From Archaeoglobaceae archaeon (GTDB taxonomy: Archaea > Halobacteriota > Archaeoglobi > Archaeoglobales > Archaeoglobaceae), in assembly GCA_027036775.1 (NCBI GenBank), contig JALWDS010000044.1, positions 6,260 through 70,259 on the forward strand: a stretch of DNA of 64,000 nucleotides. Direction: 5' to 3'. Under the pieces are notes generated by a model that was given only the letters and a program-made list of their open reading frames with translations, was not told the origin of the DNA and made no database searches. This document shows positions 45,449 to 56,534 of the stretch, in pieces. Numbering within the stretch: the stretch's first letter is position 1; every line of letters begins with the position of its first letter. Both the position numbers and the translations under genes were made by a program.

Positions 45449-46873
45449 TTACTCCTTGATCTCGACACCCAATGCGTTCAGAAACCTCCTCTTTATAGCC
45501 TCTGTAACCAATTTAGCCAGAGCATCTTTATCCGTAACGTCTCCGAATATACCCAAGGGTATCTGTGCTCCCCCAGCGTGGGCATGTCCCCCGGCACTTC
45601 CGACGTCTCCAAAGGCCCTCTTCAAAACCTCACCTATGTTTATCCTCACGTCCTTGTTTCTCGCGGATATGAAGACCTTGTCCTTCAGTATTCCGAAGAC
45701 CAAAACGGTTGAAATCCCCTCCAACCTGAGCAGGAAGTCTGCTGCTTGAGGTAGAACGTCCCTGTTGGTTATGTATCCCGCGAAGGATATGAGGAAGCTT
45801 GAATAAATCTGTCTGTTCTTTATTGCGGTGGCCAAAACGTCCAAGGTTTCCGTTGATATGGCCGGTCCTTCCATCTTCTCTATCAACTCGTGATCTACGA
45901 AGGGATAGAGGAATGCTGAGGCTAAGAAATCCGCCGTCCTCGCGTTCTTCTTGAAGTCGTTGGTTTCCGTCTTTATCCCGAAGAAGAGGGCTGTTGCCAA
46001 CGTTCTGCTCGGGGTTATTTTCATCTCCTTCAAGTATTCCGTAAGAATCGTTGCACACGCCCCTACATCCGTTCTTATGTCGACGAACTCCGCCTCGACT
46101 TCTTCCGCTGGATGGTGATCTATGACGATGTCTATCTTGATCGTCGGCGGGATGGAGTTGTTCACTCCCGGTTTGGAACAATCCACTATCGCAAACTTGT
46201 CGTATTGGCTTAGGTCAACCTCGTTTGCCTTCAGCATCTCTATCTCGAGGAGGTTGACCATAGCTCTATTTTCCTGATGCATTATGTCGCCGTAGTAAAG
46301 GATGTCCGCATCTACACCGTAGTTCCTCGCGATCTCCTTCAAAGCCAGAGCGGAGGATATGGCATCTGGATCGGGGTTGTCGTGGGTGAATATACCCAAC
46401 CTGACCTTGCAGTTTTCTATAACCTTACCGAGCTTCTTCAACTTTCTAAAAGTGTCCGCCTTCCTGAGAACTTCGAGGACCTTGCTCTTCATAGCTTCGC
46501 TCGGAACTACGACGTAATCCGCCCCCAACTGTTCGAACTCCTCCTTCAACTTCGGGCTCTGGCATCTCGCAACTACGAAGACGTCCTTGCTAATCCCCCT
46601 TATGATTTCCACGGCCCTCTTGTTGGCGTTGGTGTCAGAGGTCAAAATTAAAACCGCCGAAACCTTGCTAAAGTCTATGTTTTCGTAAAGGGTTTCGTCC
46701 GTTGCATCCCCAACTATCGCGTCGTAGTTTTCGTCCCTGAGTATTTCAACCCTCTCTTTCGATAAGTCTATGGCCAAAACCTTCTTACCCTTCTTAACGA
46801 GCTCTCTAACGACGCCAAACCCCGTTGCACCGCAACCTATGACGATGTATTCGTGACTGAACATCTCTTCCAT
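45449..46873 (-). CDS. DHH-family phosphoesterase with N-terminal TrkA-N domain
   Basis: GCGATG, HDNPDPDA, IDHH, AGGHAHAGG. Confidence 0.9.
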   Translation of the reverse strand: MEEMFSHEYIVIGCGATGFGVVRELVKKGKKVLAIDLSKERVEILRDENYDAIVGDATDETLYENIDFSKVSAVLILTSDTNANKRAVEIIRGISKDVFVVARCQSPKLKEEFEQLGADYVVVPSEAMKSKVLEVLRKADTFRKLKKLGKVIENCKVRLGIFTHDNPDPDAISSALALKEIARNYGVDADILYYGDIMHQENRAMVNLLEIEMLKANEVDLSQYDKFAIVDCSKPGVNNSIPPTIKIDIVIDHHPAEEVEAEFVDIRTDVGACATILTEYLKEMKITPSRTLATALFFGIKTETNDFKKNARTADFLASAFLYPFVDHELIEKMEGPAISTETLDVLATAIKNRQIYSSFLISFAGYITNRDVLPQAADFLLRLEGISTVLVFGILKDKVFISARNKDVRINIGEVLKRAFGDVGSAGGHAHAGGAQIPLGIFGDVTDKDALAKLVTEAIKRRFLNALGVEIKE

Positions 46874-46913
46874 TTCAGAGAAAGGCTGATAAAGGATATT
46901 TAAATGTAACCTC

Positions 46914-47198
46914 ATGGACTTGAAAGAGTTGAGGGAGATCATAAGGGAGAAATACTACGAGACGGACAAGAGGTCGGGCGAGCTTTTCCTCTTGGCGGTT
47001 CTGTTTGAAGAGGTTGGGGAGTTGGCCGAGGCCGTAAGAAAGAGGGATTTGAAGTCGATAGAGGAGGAGTTGGCCGATGTGCTCTTCATGGTCCTGAGCT
47101 TGGCTAACCTCTTCGACGTCGATGTGGAATCTAAGCTCTTGGAGAAGTTCGTCAGGGACGATCCGAGTTGGAAGTGGGACCTACCAAACAAATTTTAA
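46914..47198 (+). CDS. MazG-like NTP pyrophosphohydrolase
   Basis: EEVGELAEA...EELADV. Confidence 0.88.
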   Translation: MDLKELREIIREKYYETDKRSGELFLLAVLFEEVGELAEAVRKRDLKSIEEELADVLFMVLSLANLFDVDVESKLLEKFVRDDPSWKWDLPNKF

Positions 47199-47219
47199 TC
47201 GGAGGTGGAATTTTGAAGT

Positions 47220-47660
47220 GTGAAGATCGAGAGGATAGTCGTTTCGGCTGTGGTTTACAGCACCGAAAACAGGGAGAAGGTTGCTACGGCAATGGCTACA
47301 CTGTTTCCCTTCGAATTCGAGATAGTTAGTGTCCCAGCTAAGGGTCACTTCGGAAACCCTATAGAGTATTTGGAGGTGGAGATAACGAGGAAGAGGGACA
47401 TAAAGGAGTTCTGGAACAACTTGATGGAGATTCTGGGCGATCAGAGGAGATACCTCGTAAACACCCTCGAAGAGAGGATAGACGATCAGGGACAGCTCTT
47501 CATAAGGTTCGACAAGCAGAAGGCCTATCTGGGAGAGGTGGTCTTGACCGAAAGCGGAGATGCGGTGGTTGTTAAGGCTAAACTCGTTACCTACCCATCT
47601 AAGAGGGAGAAGATAGTGGAGTTCGCAAGAAAAATCGTAGAGGAGGGGTATGAAGGTTGA
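47220..47660 (+). CDS. Predicted RNA-binding protein (DUF54-like)
   Basis: STEN.EKV, GHFGNPI, RFDKQKAYLG; adjacent to rnp3. Confidence 0.8.
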   Translation: MKIERIVVSAVVYSTENREKVATAMATLFPFEFEIVSVPAKGHFGNPIEYLEVEITRKRDIKEFWNNLMEILGDQRRYLVNTLEERIDDQGQLFIRFDKQKAYLGEVVLTESGDAVVVKAKLVTYPSKREKIVEFARKIVEEGYEG

Positions 47661-48246
47661 CTTCGTTCGATTCAAACCATCTTTAACTTACGACTACGAC
47701 AACTTCGTCGTCTTCGATGAGAATCCTAAAAATGGTGAATTTTTAAAGGGATACGTTGTCAAAGCGAGAAGTTCGAAGGAGCTCCTTCAAAAGCTTAGAA
47801 GGGCGAAGATGGATTGGTTCGTCGGCGTTGTGGGAGATTTGAACGTTTTGAAGTATGCGGTGATGAGGTGGAGGGTCGATCTGATATTGGACTTCGAAGG
47901 TAGGGTTCTGGACTACTCCTTAATTAAGATGGCGAGGGAGAAGGACGTTGCGATAGAGTTCTCATTTGCGAGGTTTTTGAGGTGTAGGGGTTATGAGAGA
48001 TCAAAGCTATTCGAGGAGGTCGTTGAAACACTCAAGGTAATTAAGAAATTCGATACCCCCTTCGTCTTAACGAGCGGAGCAGAGAACGATTACGAGTTGA
48101 GACCCAAAAGGCAAATACTCGAGTTCTTCGAATACCTGGGTGCGGACGTTGAGAGGGCGGAAAGTTGGATAGAGAGGTTGGTCAGGAGATACACAGATCC
48201 GAACTACATCATGGACGGTTTGGAGATAGTCGGTGAAGACCCTTAA
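47650..48246 (+). CDS. rnp3: Ribonuclease P protein component 3 (Rpp30)
   Basis: KMAREKDVAIEF, PFVLTSGA...ELR. Confidence 0.82.
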   Translation: MKVDFVRFKPSLTYDYDNFVVFDENPKNGEFLKGYVVKARSSKELLQKLRRAKMDWFVGVVGDLNVLKYAVMRWRVDLILDFEGRVLDYSLIKMAREKDVAIEFSFARFLRCRGYERSKLFEEVVETLKVIKKFDTPFVLTSGAENDYELRPKRQILEFFEYLGADVERAESWIERLVRRYTDPNYIMDGLEIVGEDP

Positions 48247-48881
48247 AGGAGCATAATCGCAAACGCCCTTCCCAGTGGAGTCAGCCTTATCCTGACGTTC
48301 TTCCCCTCTCTCTTCATCTCTATCAATCCGTCCTCCTCGAGTCCCTTGAGATGGTAGCTCATCCTCGCCCTCTGAGCCATATACTTTCTGTGGTCTTCTA
48401 TCTTTCCTTCAGTCAGCTCTATCAACCTGTTTATGGATTCAACCTCTCCTCCGTTCTCTTCGATCACCCTTATGAGGTTGGCCTTGTCCTCACCTATCGT
48501 TTTGATCGGTGGAACCTTCAGCTCTATCACGTCGTTCGATACCGCCATGTAGACTCCAGCGTTGGCTATTTGGGCGGACATAACTCCCGCTATGCAGAGC
48601 TCCCTTGGAGCGTCCGATAGGTTCAGGTAAACGGAGTTACCCTCCCCAACCTCCCTCTTTATAACCTTCAGAATCTCCATTAAGGCGGAGTAAACTTCCC
48701 TCTCAACCCTGACCTCTTCAACCTCTATGAAGTTCTTCAAGGCGTTTTTAACATCCTTTATACAGCTCTTATCATCGCAAAACACCAAGTAAGCCTTCTG
48801 AATGGGTTTTCCGCACTCCTTAACGCTTTCGAGCACCACGTCGCACCTCTTATCCACTGGTATTATGTGAACGGTTTTCAT
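48243..48881 (-). CDS. CARF-like plus winged-helix transcriptional regulator (Csa3/DUF6293-like)
   Basis: N-terminal Rossmann-like segment (VYLNLSDAPR); C-terminal SYHLKGLEEDGLI...RLTPLG wHTH. Confidence 0.7.
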   Translation of the reverse strand: MKTVHIIPVDKRCDVVLESVKECGKPIQKAYLVFCDDKSCIKDVKNALKNFIEVEEVRVEREVYSALMEILKVIKREVGEGNSVYLNLSDAPRELCIAGVMSAQIANAGVYMAVSNDVIELKVPPIKTIGEDKANLIRVIEENGGEVESINRLIELTEGKIEDHRKYMAQRARMSYHLKGLEEDGLIEMKREGKNVRIRLTPLGRAFAIMLL

Positions 48882-49053
48882 GTTATCTCCGAAATCGTAT
48901 TTGTTATTAAAATTTTCTATAACTATACACGAAAAATTCTCAGAAAAATATTTATTAAATATTTATTTTTAAAATTGACAGTAAAAATTTCAATGGCATC
49001 GTTGCCAAGTTTGACACGGAATCGTTTTTAATAAACCTTGTGGATTCAACCTC

Positions 49054-49869
49054 ATGCTCGCAAAGAGGATCATACCCTGCTTGGACGTGACTTTGAACGA
49101 GAGGGGTGCGATGGTAGTTAAGGGAGTCGAGTTCGTCAATTTGAGAGAAGCTGGAGATCCCGTAGAATTGGCAAAGAGATACGACGAAGAGGGAGCTGAC
49201 GAGCTCGTTTTTTTAGATATAACAGCATCTCCAGAGGGAAGGAGGATGATGATCGACGTCATTGAGAGGACAGCGGAGCAGGTTTTCATACCCTTCACGG
49301 TCGGAGGTGGGATAAGGAGCGTCGAGGACATAAACGCAATTCTGTCGGCTGGAGCGGACAAGGTCAGCATAAACACGTCAGCTGTTAAAAATCCCGAGTT
49401 CGTGAGGGAGGCGAGCGAGATATTCGGAAGTCAGTGCATAGTTATAGCGATAGACTGCAGAAGGAACTACGACCTGAGTAGGGGTGAAAACATCGTTACG
49501 CTTGAAGACGGGAGAAAGGCTTGGTATGAGGTCGTGATATACGGGGGAAGGAAACCCACGGGAATAGACGCCATAAGCTGGGCCAAGAGGGTTGAAGAAC
49601 TCGGAGCTGGAGAGATACTGCTGACTTCGATGAACAGAGACGGGACGAAGTTGGGCTACGACATACCGATAACGAGGGCTATAAGCGAAGCGGTGAACAT
49701 ACCCGTTATCGCATCGGGCGGAGCTGGAAGGCCTGAACACTTCTACGAAGGTTTCGTTGAGGGAAAGGCCGATGCGTGCTTGGCTGCATCCATATTCCAC
49801 TACGGGGAGTATAGCATAGAGGAGATAAAGAGATACTTGGAGGAGAGGGGAATACCCGTGAGGTGGTAA
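49054..49869 (+). CDS. hisF: Imidazole glycerol phosphate synthase cyclase subunit
   Basis: [32 protein letters not shown]. Confidence 0.97.
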   Translation: MLAKRIIPCLDVTLNERGAMVVKGVEFVNLREAGDPVELAKRYDEEGADELVFLDITASPEGRRMMIDVIERTAEQVFIPFTVGGGIRSVEDINAILSAGADKVSINTSAVKNPEFVREASEIFGSQCIVIAIDCRRNYDLSRGENIVTLEDGRKAWYEVVIYGGRKPTGIDAISWAKRVEELGAGEILLTSMNRDGTKLGYDIPITRAISEAVNIPVIASGGAGRPEHFYEGFVEGKADACLAASIFHYGEYSIEEIKRYLEERGIPVRW

Positions 49870-49870
49870 T

Positions 49871-50161
49871 GTGGAGATAGGGGAGTTCCAGCAACTGATA
49901 AAGAGGCTATACTACGAAAAGGATTTAAAGAGGGGAAAGGAGAAAACACTCCTCTGGTTAGTTGAGGAGGTTGGCGAGTTGGCTGAAGCCGTAAGAAAGA
50001 ACGATTTGAATTCGATTAAGGAGGAGATAGCTGATGTCTTCGCATGGCTCGTTAGCTTGGCGAACCTATACGGTATAGATTTGGAGGAGGCTGTTAAAGA
50101 TAAGTATCCGAACGTCTGCATAAAGTGCGGTAAAGTTCCGTGCGAGTGTGATGAGAGATGA
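49871..50161 (+). CDS. MazG-like NTP pyrophosphohydrolase with C-terminal Cys cluster
   Basis: EEVGELAEA...EEIADVFAW; CIKC...PCEC. Confidence 0.88.
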   Translation: MEIGEFQQLIKRLYYEKDLKRGKEKTLLWLVEEVGELAEAVRKNDLNSIKEEIADVFAWLVSLANLYGIDLEEAVKDKYPNVCIKCGKVPCECDER

Positions 50162-51300
50162 GGTTTCTGATAGTGAGTGAGGAGGATATAAGGGCAGGAC
50201 TGACGACGGACAAATACTTCCTGTGGACCGAGCAGGTCTTAAAGAGCAAGGGGGTTAATCCAAGGGTTGTGGCGGAGGTAACTACGTCGAGCTGGGGAAT
50301 ATTCGTAGGGATAAACGACGTTTTGAAGCTTTTAGAGGGTAAACCAGTTGACGTCTACGCCATGCCCGAAGGTTGTCTGTTTTTCCCCCACGAACCAGTT
50401 GTAACGATTGTGGGCAGATACTTGGACTTCGCGAGGTTTGAAACCGCTATTCTTGGTTTCATATGCCATCCCTCAGCTGTTGCAACTCAAGCCTTCAAGT
50501 TCAAGCTTGCGAGCGGAGGTAAGAGGATTCTATCCTTCGGAACGAGGAGGATGCATCCCGCAATCTCTGCGGTTATAGAGAGGTCAGCTTACATAGGTGG
50601 GTGTGATGGGGTTAGCAACGTCTCAGCGGAGAAGTATCTCGGAATTGAGAGCGTAGGAACGATGCCCCACGCACTGATAATATGCTTCGGAGATCAGGTT
50701 AAAGCTTGGAGAGCCTACAACGAGGTTGTGGACGAGAGGGTTCCGAGGATAATGCTGATAGACACCTACTACGACGAGAAAACCGAAGCAATCTTAGCGA
50801 TCGAAAACGTTGAGAGGGTTGACGGCGTTAGATTAGATACGCCCTCATCGAGGAGGGGGAACATGAGGAAGATAGTTGAAGAGGTCAGATGGGAGCTCGA
50901 CATCAGGGGTAGGAGGGACGTGAAGATTGTTGTCAGCGGTGGACTGAGTTTGAAGGACGTAATGGAGCTGAGGGACTTGGTAGATGCCTTCGGTGTCGGA
51001 ACTGCGATAGCCGGAGCAAAGCCCATAGACTTCGCTCTGGACATAGTCGAGAGAGAGGGCAATTTCGTTGCCAAGAGGGGGAAGAGGGGTGGGATGAAGC
51101 AGGTTTACAGGGTCTGGGAGGAGTTTAGGGACAACGTAACCCTCTTCAACGAGAAGGCTGAAGGTGAACCTCTAATTCAAAAGGTGATGGAAAATGGGAA
51201 GATTCTGAAGACTTTCGACATGAAAGAAGCGAGGGACTTGGTTTTGAGGCAGATGGAGATAATAAGAAGTTTGGGAATCGAGGAGAGATTCCTCAAATGA
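50158..51300 (+). CDS. pncB: Nicotinate phosphoribosyltransferase
   Basis: TDKYF, SFGTRR, GTMPH, LIDTY, VRLDT, SGGL, FGVGT. Confidence 0.92.
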   Translation: MRFLIVSEEDIRAGLTTDKYFLWTEQVLKSKGVNPRVVAEVTTSSWGIFVGINDVLKLLEGKPVDVYAMPEGCLFFPHEPVVTIVGRYLDFARFETAILGFICHPSAVATQAFKFKLASGGKRILSFGTRRMHPAISAVIERSAYIGGCDGVSNVSAEKYLGIESVGTMPHALIICFGDQVKAWRAYNEVVDERVPRIMLIDTYYDEKTEAILAIENVERVDGVRLDTPSSRRGNMRKIVEEVRWELDIRGRRDVKIVVSGGLSLKDVMELRDLVDAFGVGTAIAGAKPIDFALDIVEREGNFVAKRGKRGGMKQVYRVWEEFRDNVTLFNEKAEGEPLIQKVMENGKILKTFDMKEARDLVLRQMEIIRSLGIEERFLK

Positions 51301-52687
51301 TCTTCTCAACATCCACGTTCCTTTCAAAAACCTCCGCAAATCTGTCTATCCAATCCTTTGTTTTATCCATTTTAACACCCAAGTAATCGGATAAGGCCTT
51401 TAGAACGTTATCGTTGCTGAAAAGTCCGTGTAGGTATGTTCCCCAAGTCATTCCGTCTTCGCTCGCACAGCCGTCGTCTTCGAATATCGGGTTGTCTGCA
51501 AACGTTTTGCCCTTGTGAATCTCGTAACCCCAAACCTCCTGACCCTTTATTCTATCGATTATCACCGCATCCCCCGTGACTTTCTTAACCACCTGAACAG
51601 TTCTCTTCTTGAACTCGTCAAAGACGGTAACAGCATCGAGCAAGCCCAACCCCTTAGCTCTTATGTAACCGTGTTCCACACCTCTGTCGATCAGCTCCTT
51701 GCCCAACATCTGGTAGCCACCGCATATACCTATCACGGGTATCCTTCCGGCAATTTTCTTTATCTTCTCGTCGATCCCAGCTGACTTAAGCTCCCTAAAA
51801 TCCAAAACAGTGTTCTTCGTTCCCGGTAAGATTATTAAATCGAAGTCGGACAGATCGTCTCTCTTCCAAACGAACCTTACCCCAGCCGGTTTCAGGTGTT
51901 CGAAATCGGTCCAATTCGAAATCCTCGGAAACTTTATAATACCTATTCTGGCATCTTCGCATTTCCAATCTTCCAAGCTCAGGGAATCTTCGGGTGTAAA
52001 CGTTAAATCGACGAAGGGAATTACTCCCAAAACTTTTACGTTCGTTAAAGACTCCAACTTCTCGATTCCACCCTTCAAAAGTCTCAAGTCACCCCTGAAC
52101 TTGTTTATCACGAAACCCTTAACCATCGAAGCTACATCCTTTGGCAGAAGCTTGTATGTCCCGTAGAGAGAGGCGAAGGCTCCTCCCCTATCTATGTCTC
52201 CTACGATGAGAATGGAGGGCTTGGCTATCCTCGCCACTCCTACGTTTGCCAAGTCCCTATCGTATAGGTTTATCTCCGCAATTCCTCCCGCTCCTTCTAT
52301 CACGACGTAATCGAACTCCCTCTCGAGCTTCCTGTAAGCATTTTCAACGATCTCCCGTAACCATCCGATCTCCCTGTAGTATTCCAAAGCGGAAACGTCC
52401 TTTACAGCTTCACCCAGAACTACGAGCTGTGAAACCATGTTTCCCTTCGGCTTGAGAAGGATGGGATTCATAAGTTCGTTAGGCTCGATCCCGCAAGCCT
52501 TAGCCTGAAAGGCCTGTGCCGTTGCAATCTCCTTGCCATCCTTAGTTACAAAAGAGTTCAAGCTCATGTTTTGAGCTTTGAAAGGAGCGACGTTGTATCC
52601 CATTTTGCTGAGTATTCTGCACAGAGCGGTAACTATCACGCTCTTCCCGACGTGACTTGAGGTTCCCGCAACCATCAACGCTGGCAT
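51293..52687 (-). CDS. cobQ: Cobyric acid synthase
   Basis: [41 protein letters not shown]. Confidence 0.96.
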   Translation of the reverse strand: MPALMVAGTSSHVGKSVIVTALCRILSKMGYNVAPFKAQNMSLNSFVTKDGKEIATAQAFQAKACGIEPNELMNPILLKPKGNMVSQLVVLGEAVKDVSALEYYREIGWLREIVENAYRKLEREFDYVVIEGAGGIAEINLYDRDLANVGVARIAKPSILIVGDIDRGGAFASLYGTYKLLPKDVASMVKGFVINKFRGDLRLLKGGIEKLESLTNVKVLGVIPFVDLTFTPEDSLSLEDWKCEDARIGIIKFPRISNWTDFEHLKPAGVRFVWKRDDLSDFDLIILPGTKNTVLDFRELKSAGIDEKIKKIAGRIPVIGICGGYQMLGKELIDRGVEHGYIRAKGLGLLDAVTVFDEFKKRTVQVVKKVTGDAVIIDRIKGQEVWGYEIHKGKTFADNPIFEDDGCASEDGMTWGTYLHGLFSNDNVLKALSDYLGVKMDKTKDWIDRFAEVFERNVDVEKII

Positions 52688-53058
52688 GTCAATCCGAATA
52701 CTGCGTTCAGAATTGCATAAGTTACGAATACGTCCCTACCTATAGGTTCGCACAGTATAACCCTCTTCCCTTCGATTTCACCCTCCACAACTCCAGTCTT
52801 TCCTTCGAAACCCAAATCCCTCGGCAGTTCCTCGGTAGTATGAACTCCGTAGGCTATGAAGAGGGGAACGACGTAGATAACATTCGACCTCATCTCCCTT
52901 ATAACTTCATCTACCCTTGGCCTCCTCTTGTGCGCCGCAAAAGCTATCCTAACCTCATCGAAAAGCCCAGTTTTCTCTATCCTCTCCTTGTGCAGTTCCA
53001 TAACCTCCCTGTAATACGGCAACTTACTCCCGTGCCCAACTATGACCAACCCTCTCAC
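52675..53058 (-). CDS. cbiX: Sirohydrochlorin cobaltochelatase, short form (CbiXS)
   Basis: [28 protein letters not shown] before GTG 53058. Confidence 0.9.
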   Translation of the reverse strand: MRGLVIVGHGSKLPYYREVMELHKERIEKTGLFDEVRIAFAAHKRRPRVDEVIREMRSNVIYVVPLFIAYGVHTTEELPRDLGFEGKTGVVEGEIEGKRVILCEPIGRDVFVTYAILNAVFGLTCQR

Positions 53059-53062
53059 AATA

Positions 53063-53620
53063 TCACCTCCTTTTTGCAAATAAAATGACAAGATCCGATT
53101 TTATTTCGCAATTCTCACAAATCCTCTCGCTTTCGTATCCCAAGTTCTCCAAAACCACGACGTTTGCAAGTTCACTCAACTTTTTAACATTGGACCTCGA
53201 ATTGGCCAGAATTAGGGCATCTCTACCCATCTCAAATGCCTTCAAAACGTCATCCATGCACTCATCCGTGTGCCAGTCTATAACGACAACTTCGGTAAGA
53301 TCCACCTTAAGCCTTGCGAGAGCAAGCTGGACCGAAGATATTCCCGGCTCAACTTCACCATCTATCCTCTTCCCAAGCCCCGAAACCATCGGGTCTCCAG
53401 TGGATAAAACCACTACCCTCCTCTTCCTACCCACCTCCTCTATTCTCCTGTATGTCTCGTGGTCGAACTTCGAGATGGTAACCTTCTCTCCCTTTATGTA
53501 TTTCTCAGCCAATTCTACCGCCCTCCTACTACCGTAAACCACTTCCGCTCTTTCTATCTCTTTAATGGCCCTCTCCGTTAGGTAGCCCTTTGCGGGACCT
53601 ACACCTACAATTTTAATCAT
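53063..53620 (-). CDS. cbiE: Cobalt-precorrin-7 C5-methyltransferase
   Basis: [27 protein letters not shown]. Confidence 0.88.
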   Translation of the reverse strand: MIKIVGVGPAKGYLTERAIKEIERAEVVYGSRRAVELAEKYIKGEKVTISKFDHETYRRIEEVGRKRRVVVLSTGDPMVSGLGKRIDGEVEPGISSVQLALARLKVDLTEVVVIDWHTDECMDDVLKAFEMGRDALILANSRSNVKKLSELANVVVLENLGYESERICENCEIKSDLVILFAKRR

Positions 53621-54524
53621 TCCCACCACCCAGCAGAATCACGTCCGAAACGTTCTCATTTATCTGCATGGCCTTTTTAAGAACCGCCCTCCTTAAGTCT
53701 CCGTTCTTTCCGCCGACCCACCTCCTTAAGAGGGCGGGAAGTCCAACGATTATAACCTCACCTTCGACAGATTTGAGAGCTTCCTCCAAATAAACTCCAA
53801 AAACGAACGGCTGATAACCCTTTAAGTTCTCCAGAGCCCATCTCCAACCACTCCTACCTGTCGTTATCACCACCCTGTCGTATCTGTTCGCTACCATCGA
53901 TTTCACCCTAACCAGTTTTTCGCACCACGGCTCAACAAAACCAGTCGATCCCAGCAGAGATATACCACCTAAAACTCCCAACTTTGAATTTTTCGTTTTT
54001 TCAGCAACACTCCTACCTTCAGGAACGCTTACGACAACTCTTCCTTTAAATCCGTAGAGCTCCGCATATCTTTTGAAGTTTTCTTCGATCTGCTTTCTTG
54101 CGGAAGCACTAACGGCTTTTTTTCCGTTCTTAACGCCTATACCTTCCCCGAACTCCACACCCCACCCATCCTCAAAGGCTTCTGCAACTATTTCTATACC
54201 GTTCGTGACGTCGAAGCTGTGATCACCTGCAAACTTCTTCGCCGTGCAAATCCCATCCCTCGCCTTTACTTTGATCCTAACTTTCAATCCCACGGGCGTT
54301 TTTACTTCAACTTCTCTTACCTCTTCGTAGAGAGAAGCCACAGCTCCACATATCGCCGCACTCGCTGTCGTTGCGGTCGTTATTCCCCTTCTGAGCCAGT
54401 CTTCGGGTGTTAGTATGTAAAGTCCACTCCCTATTTTCTCAGCTACTTCTTTCTTACCTTCAATTCTCTCCCTAACCCTTATCCACTCCGAAGGATACTC
54501 GAAAAGCTCAATAGGATCTCTCAT
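53613..54524 (-). CDS. cbiD: Cobalt-precorrin-5B C1-methyltransferase
   Basis: LRRGITTATTA, AGDHSFDVT, GGISLLGSTGFVEP. Confidence 0.93.
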   Translation of the reverse strand: MRDPIELFEYPSEWIRVRERIEGKKEVAEKIGSGLYILTPEDWLRRGITTATTASAAICGAVASLYEEVREVEVKTPVGLKVRIKVKARDGICTAKKFAGDHSFDVTNGIEIVAEAFEDGWGVEFGEGIGVKNGKKAVSASARKQIEENFKRYAELYGFKGRVVVSVPEGRSVAEKTKNSKLGVLGGISLLGSTGFVEPWCEKLVRVKSMVANRYDRVVITTGRSGWRWALENLKGYQPFVFGVYLEEALKSVEGEVIIVGLPALLRRWVGGKNGDLRRAVLKKAMQINENVSDVILLGGGND

Positions 54525-55104
54525 GGGCGAGATCTATCATGCTGTTAACTATTGCGACACACAAAGCACTTCCACCCCTCGAACCGATAGTCGTTATCGA
54601 CGGAACTTCGAGACTCCTCACCATCTCCTTGGACTTCGATGCGTTTACAAAGCCTACGGGAGTGGCTACGATTAGTGCAGGCTTATACCCTTTTTTAAAG
54701 AGATCGTAAACGGCCAACGTTGCCGATGGTGAATTTCCTATCGCGATGATACTTCCAGCAATTCTGTCCCTTAGGTTGTAGAAACCCATAGCGGTTCTCG
54801 TGATTCCAAGCTCTTTCGCACCTTCTGAGTGTTCAACTGCAACTACTACATTAGTCCACCTAATTCCGGCCTTAACCATGGAAACGTCCGCGATTATCTC
54901 TTTTCCGTCTCTTATCGCTTTAACTCCAGCCTTAACGGGATCGTTCCTAAAAACTATTATGTCCTTAACCGAAGGATCTCCCGTTGCGATTATGCATCTC
55001 TTCAATACGAAATCCTCCGGCGTATTCCCTTTAACGAACCTCTCGACTATTCTGTAGCTCTCCTCAACTATCCTTTCAGCTTCTTTCGTATAGGCCCCCA
55101 TCAT
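54508..55104 (-). CDS. cbiC: Cobalt-precorrin-8 methylmutase
   Basis: ITRTA, AIGNSPSA, PVGFVNA..SK, RGGSA. Confidence 0.93.
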   Translation of the reverse strand: MMGAYTKEAERIVEESYRIVERFVKGNTPEDFVLKRCIIATGDPSVKDIIVFRNDPVKAGVKAIRDGKEIIADVSMVKAGIRWTNVVVAVEHSEGAKELGITRTAMGFYNLRDRIAGSIIAIGNSPSATLAVYDLFKKGYKPALIVATPVGFVNASKSKEMVRSLEVPSITTIGSRGGSALCVAIVNSMIDLAHERSY

Positions 55105-55105
55105 T

Positions 55106-55855
55106 CTACCACCTGTATTTTCTCGAATAACCCCTCGGCGTGACCATCTTCCCATTCAAAACTACGGTTTCAGAATTCGAGACGAACAAAATCGTATGCA
55201 TGTCTATCCTTTCTGGATTGTCCATTATATCTTTGGGAGACGTGATGAACACCTCCTCTCCACTTCTGCTCGCATTCTTCACGACTCCAATCGGAACGTT
55301 TCCCCTAACTTCAAGCACGATCTCCATGGCCTTCAAAAGCTTGTTAACCCTCCTTCTGCTCGAAGGATTGTATATCACAACGACGAAGTCCCCTTCCAAA
55401 GCCTTCCTAAGTCTGTTCCTTACCACCTCCCAAGGTGTGAGCAGATCGCTCAAGCTTACAACCGCGTGATCACCGCTTACCGCACATCCCAAAAGAGGTG
55501 AAGCTGAACACAGAGCTGTAACACCGGGAACGACTTCGAAATCTACGTTTAATCCTAAAGAATAAACGTATTCCGCTACGAGCGAAGCCATGCCGTATAT
55601 GGAAGGGTCACCCCCGCTGACGAGGCTGACGATGTGAGATTCGGCGAGCTGAACGGCTTTTTTGACCCTCTCCACTTCTTCGCCCATTCCGCTTTCGATG
55701 ATCTTTCCTTTAACTATATGGCGAATTCTATCTATGTATGTCTTATGACCCAAAACGAATTCCGACTCCTCCAAAACCCTCTTAGCTTTGAGTGTCAGCA
55801 GTTCTATATCTCCCGGTCCTGTGCCAACAACGTAGAGCTTACCTCGCGATCGCAA
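55106..55855 (-). CDS. cbiH: Cobalt-precorrin-3B C17-methyltransferase
   Basis: VGTGPG, SGGDPSIYGMA, SLSDLLTPW, YNPSS, TPRGY. Confidence 0.93.
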   Translation of the reverse strand: MRSRGKLYVVGTGPGDIELLTLKAKRVLEESEFVLGHKTYIDRIRHIVKGKIIESGMGEEVERVKKAVQLAESHIVSLVSGGDPSIYGMASLVAEYVYSLGLNVDFEVVPGVTALCSASPLLGCAVSGDHAVVSLSDLLTPWEVVRNRLRKALEGDFVVVIYNPSSRRRVNKLLKAMEIVLEVRGNVPIGVVKNASRSGEEVFITSPKDIMDNPERIDMHTILFVSNSETVVLNGKMVTPRGYSRKYRW

Positions 55856-56534
55856 TCGTTACACCTCCGTAAACCCTCTTAGGCAAAATTAGCTCCTTCT
55901 TTTTGGAATAAAATAGAGCACAAGCCTCTGCAACGTTCTTTACGCCTATCTTAACGGCTTTTGTCTCTTTGACGTCCATCCTGTTTATATCCTCAACAGG
56001 AACGAACATCAGAGGCTTCTTAATTCTATCAACCGCTTCTATCAACCCCCTTTCGTTTCTCTTAAGTTCGATAGTCGCGATAAGTCTAACGTCATCCAAA
56101 TTAGCTTCTATTTCATCCAAAGCCGAGTTGATGGCCTTCAGAATATCGTCCGAACTCACACCCCTCCTGCAACCTACACCTACACACAATCCATCCGAAA
56201 ACTCAGCCGAAGTAGTTATAACCGGTGTCATTCCTAAACCTCTCAATTTTTCGGCAACGGCATTTGCTCCGTGATGTCCGCCAATCAGGGGGACGGCAAA
56301 TCTCATGAGTTTATCCAAAACGACCACAGCCGGATCCACCCACTTACCTCTTAAATAAGGACATATCGATCTTACAACCACGCCGATGGGCATGTAGGCG
56401 ACTACGCAGTCGAACTTGCCCAACACCTCTCCGAACACGCCCCGTCGATAGATTACTATATCCGCATTAAGAAATTCCGCAACTTTCCTAAGCTTCTCCC
56501 GATCCTTTTCAAACCCCAATACCGCTACGCGTAT
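55839..56534 (-). CDS. cbiG: Cobalt-precorrin-5A hydrolase
   Basis: DPAVVV, GGHHGAN, GVGCRRG, VAEACA. Start is TTG 56519 or a possible ATA at 56534. Confidence 0.88.
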   Translation of the reverse strand: MRVAVLGFEKDREKLRKVAEFLNADIVIYRRGVFGEVLGKFDCVVAYMPIGVVVRSICPYLRGKWVDPAVVVLDKLMRFAVPLIGGHHGANAVAEKLRGLGMTPVITTSAEFSDGLCVGVGCRRGVSSDDILKAINSALDEIEANLDDVRLIATIELKRNERGLIEAVDRIKKPLMFVPVEDINRMDVKETKAVKIGVKNVAEACALFYSKKKELILPKRVYGGVTIAIAR

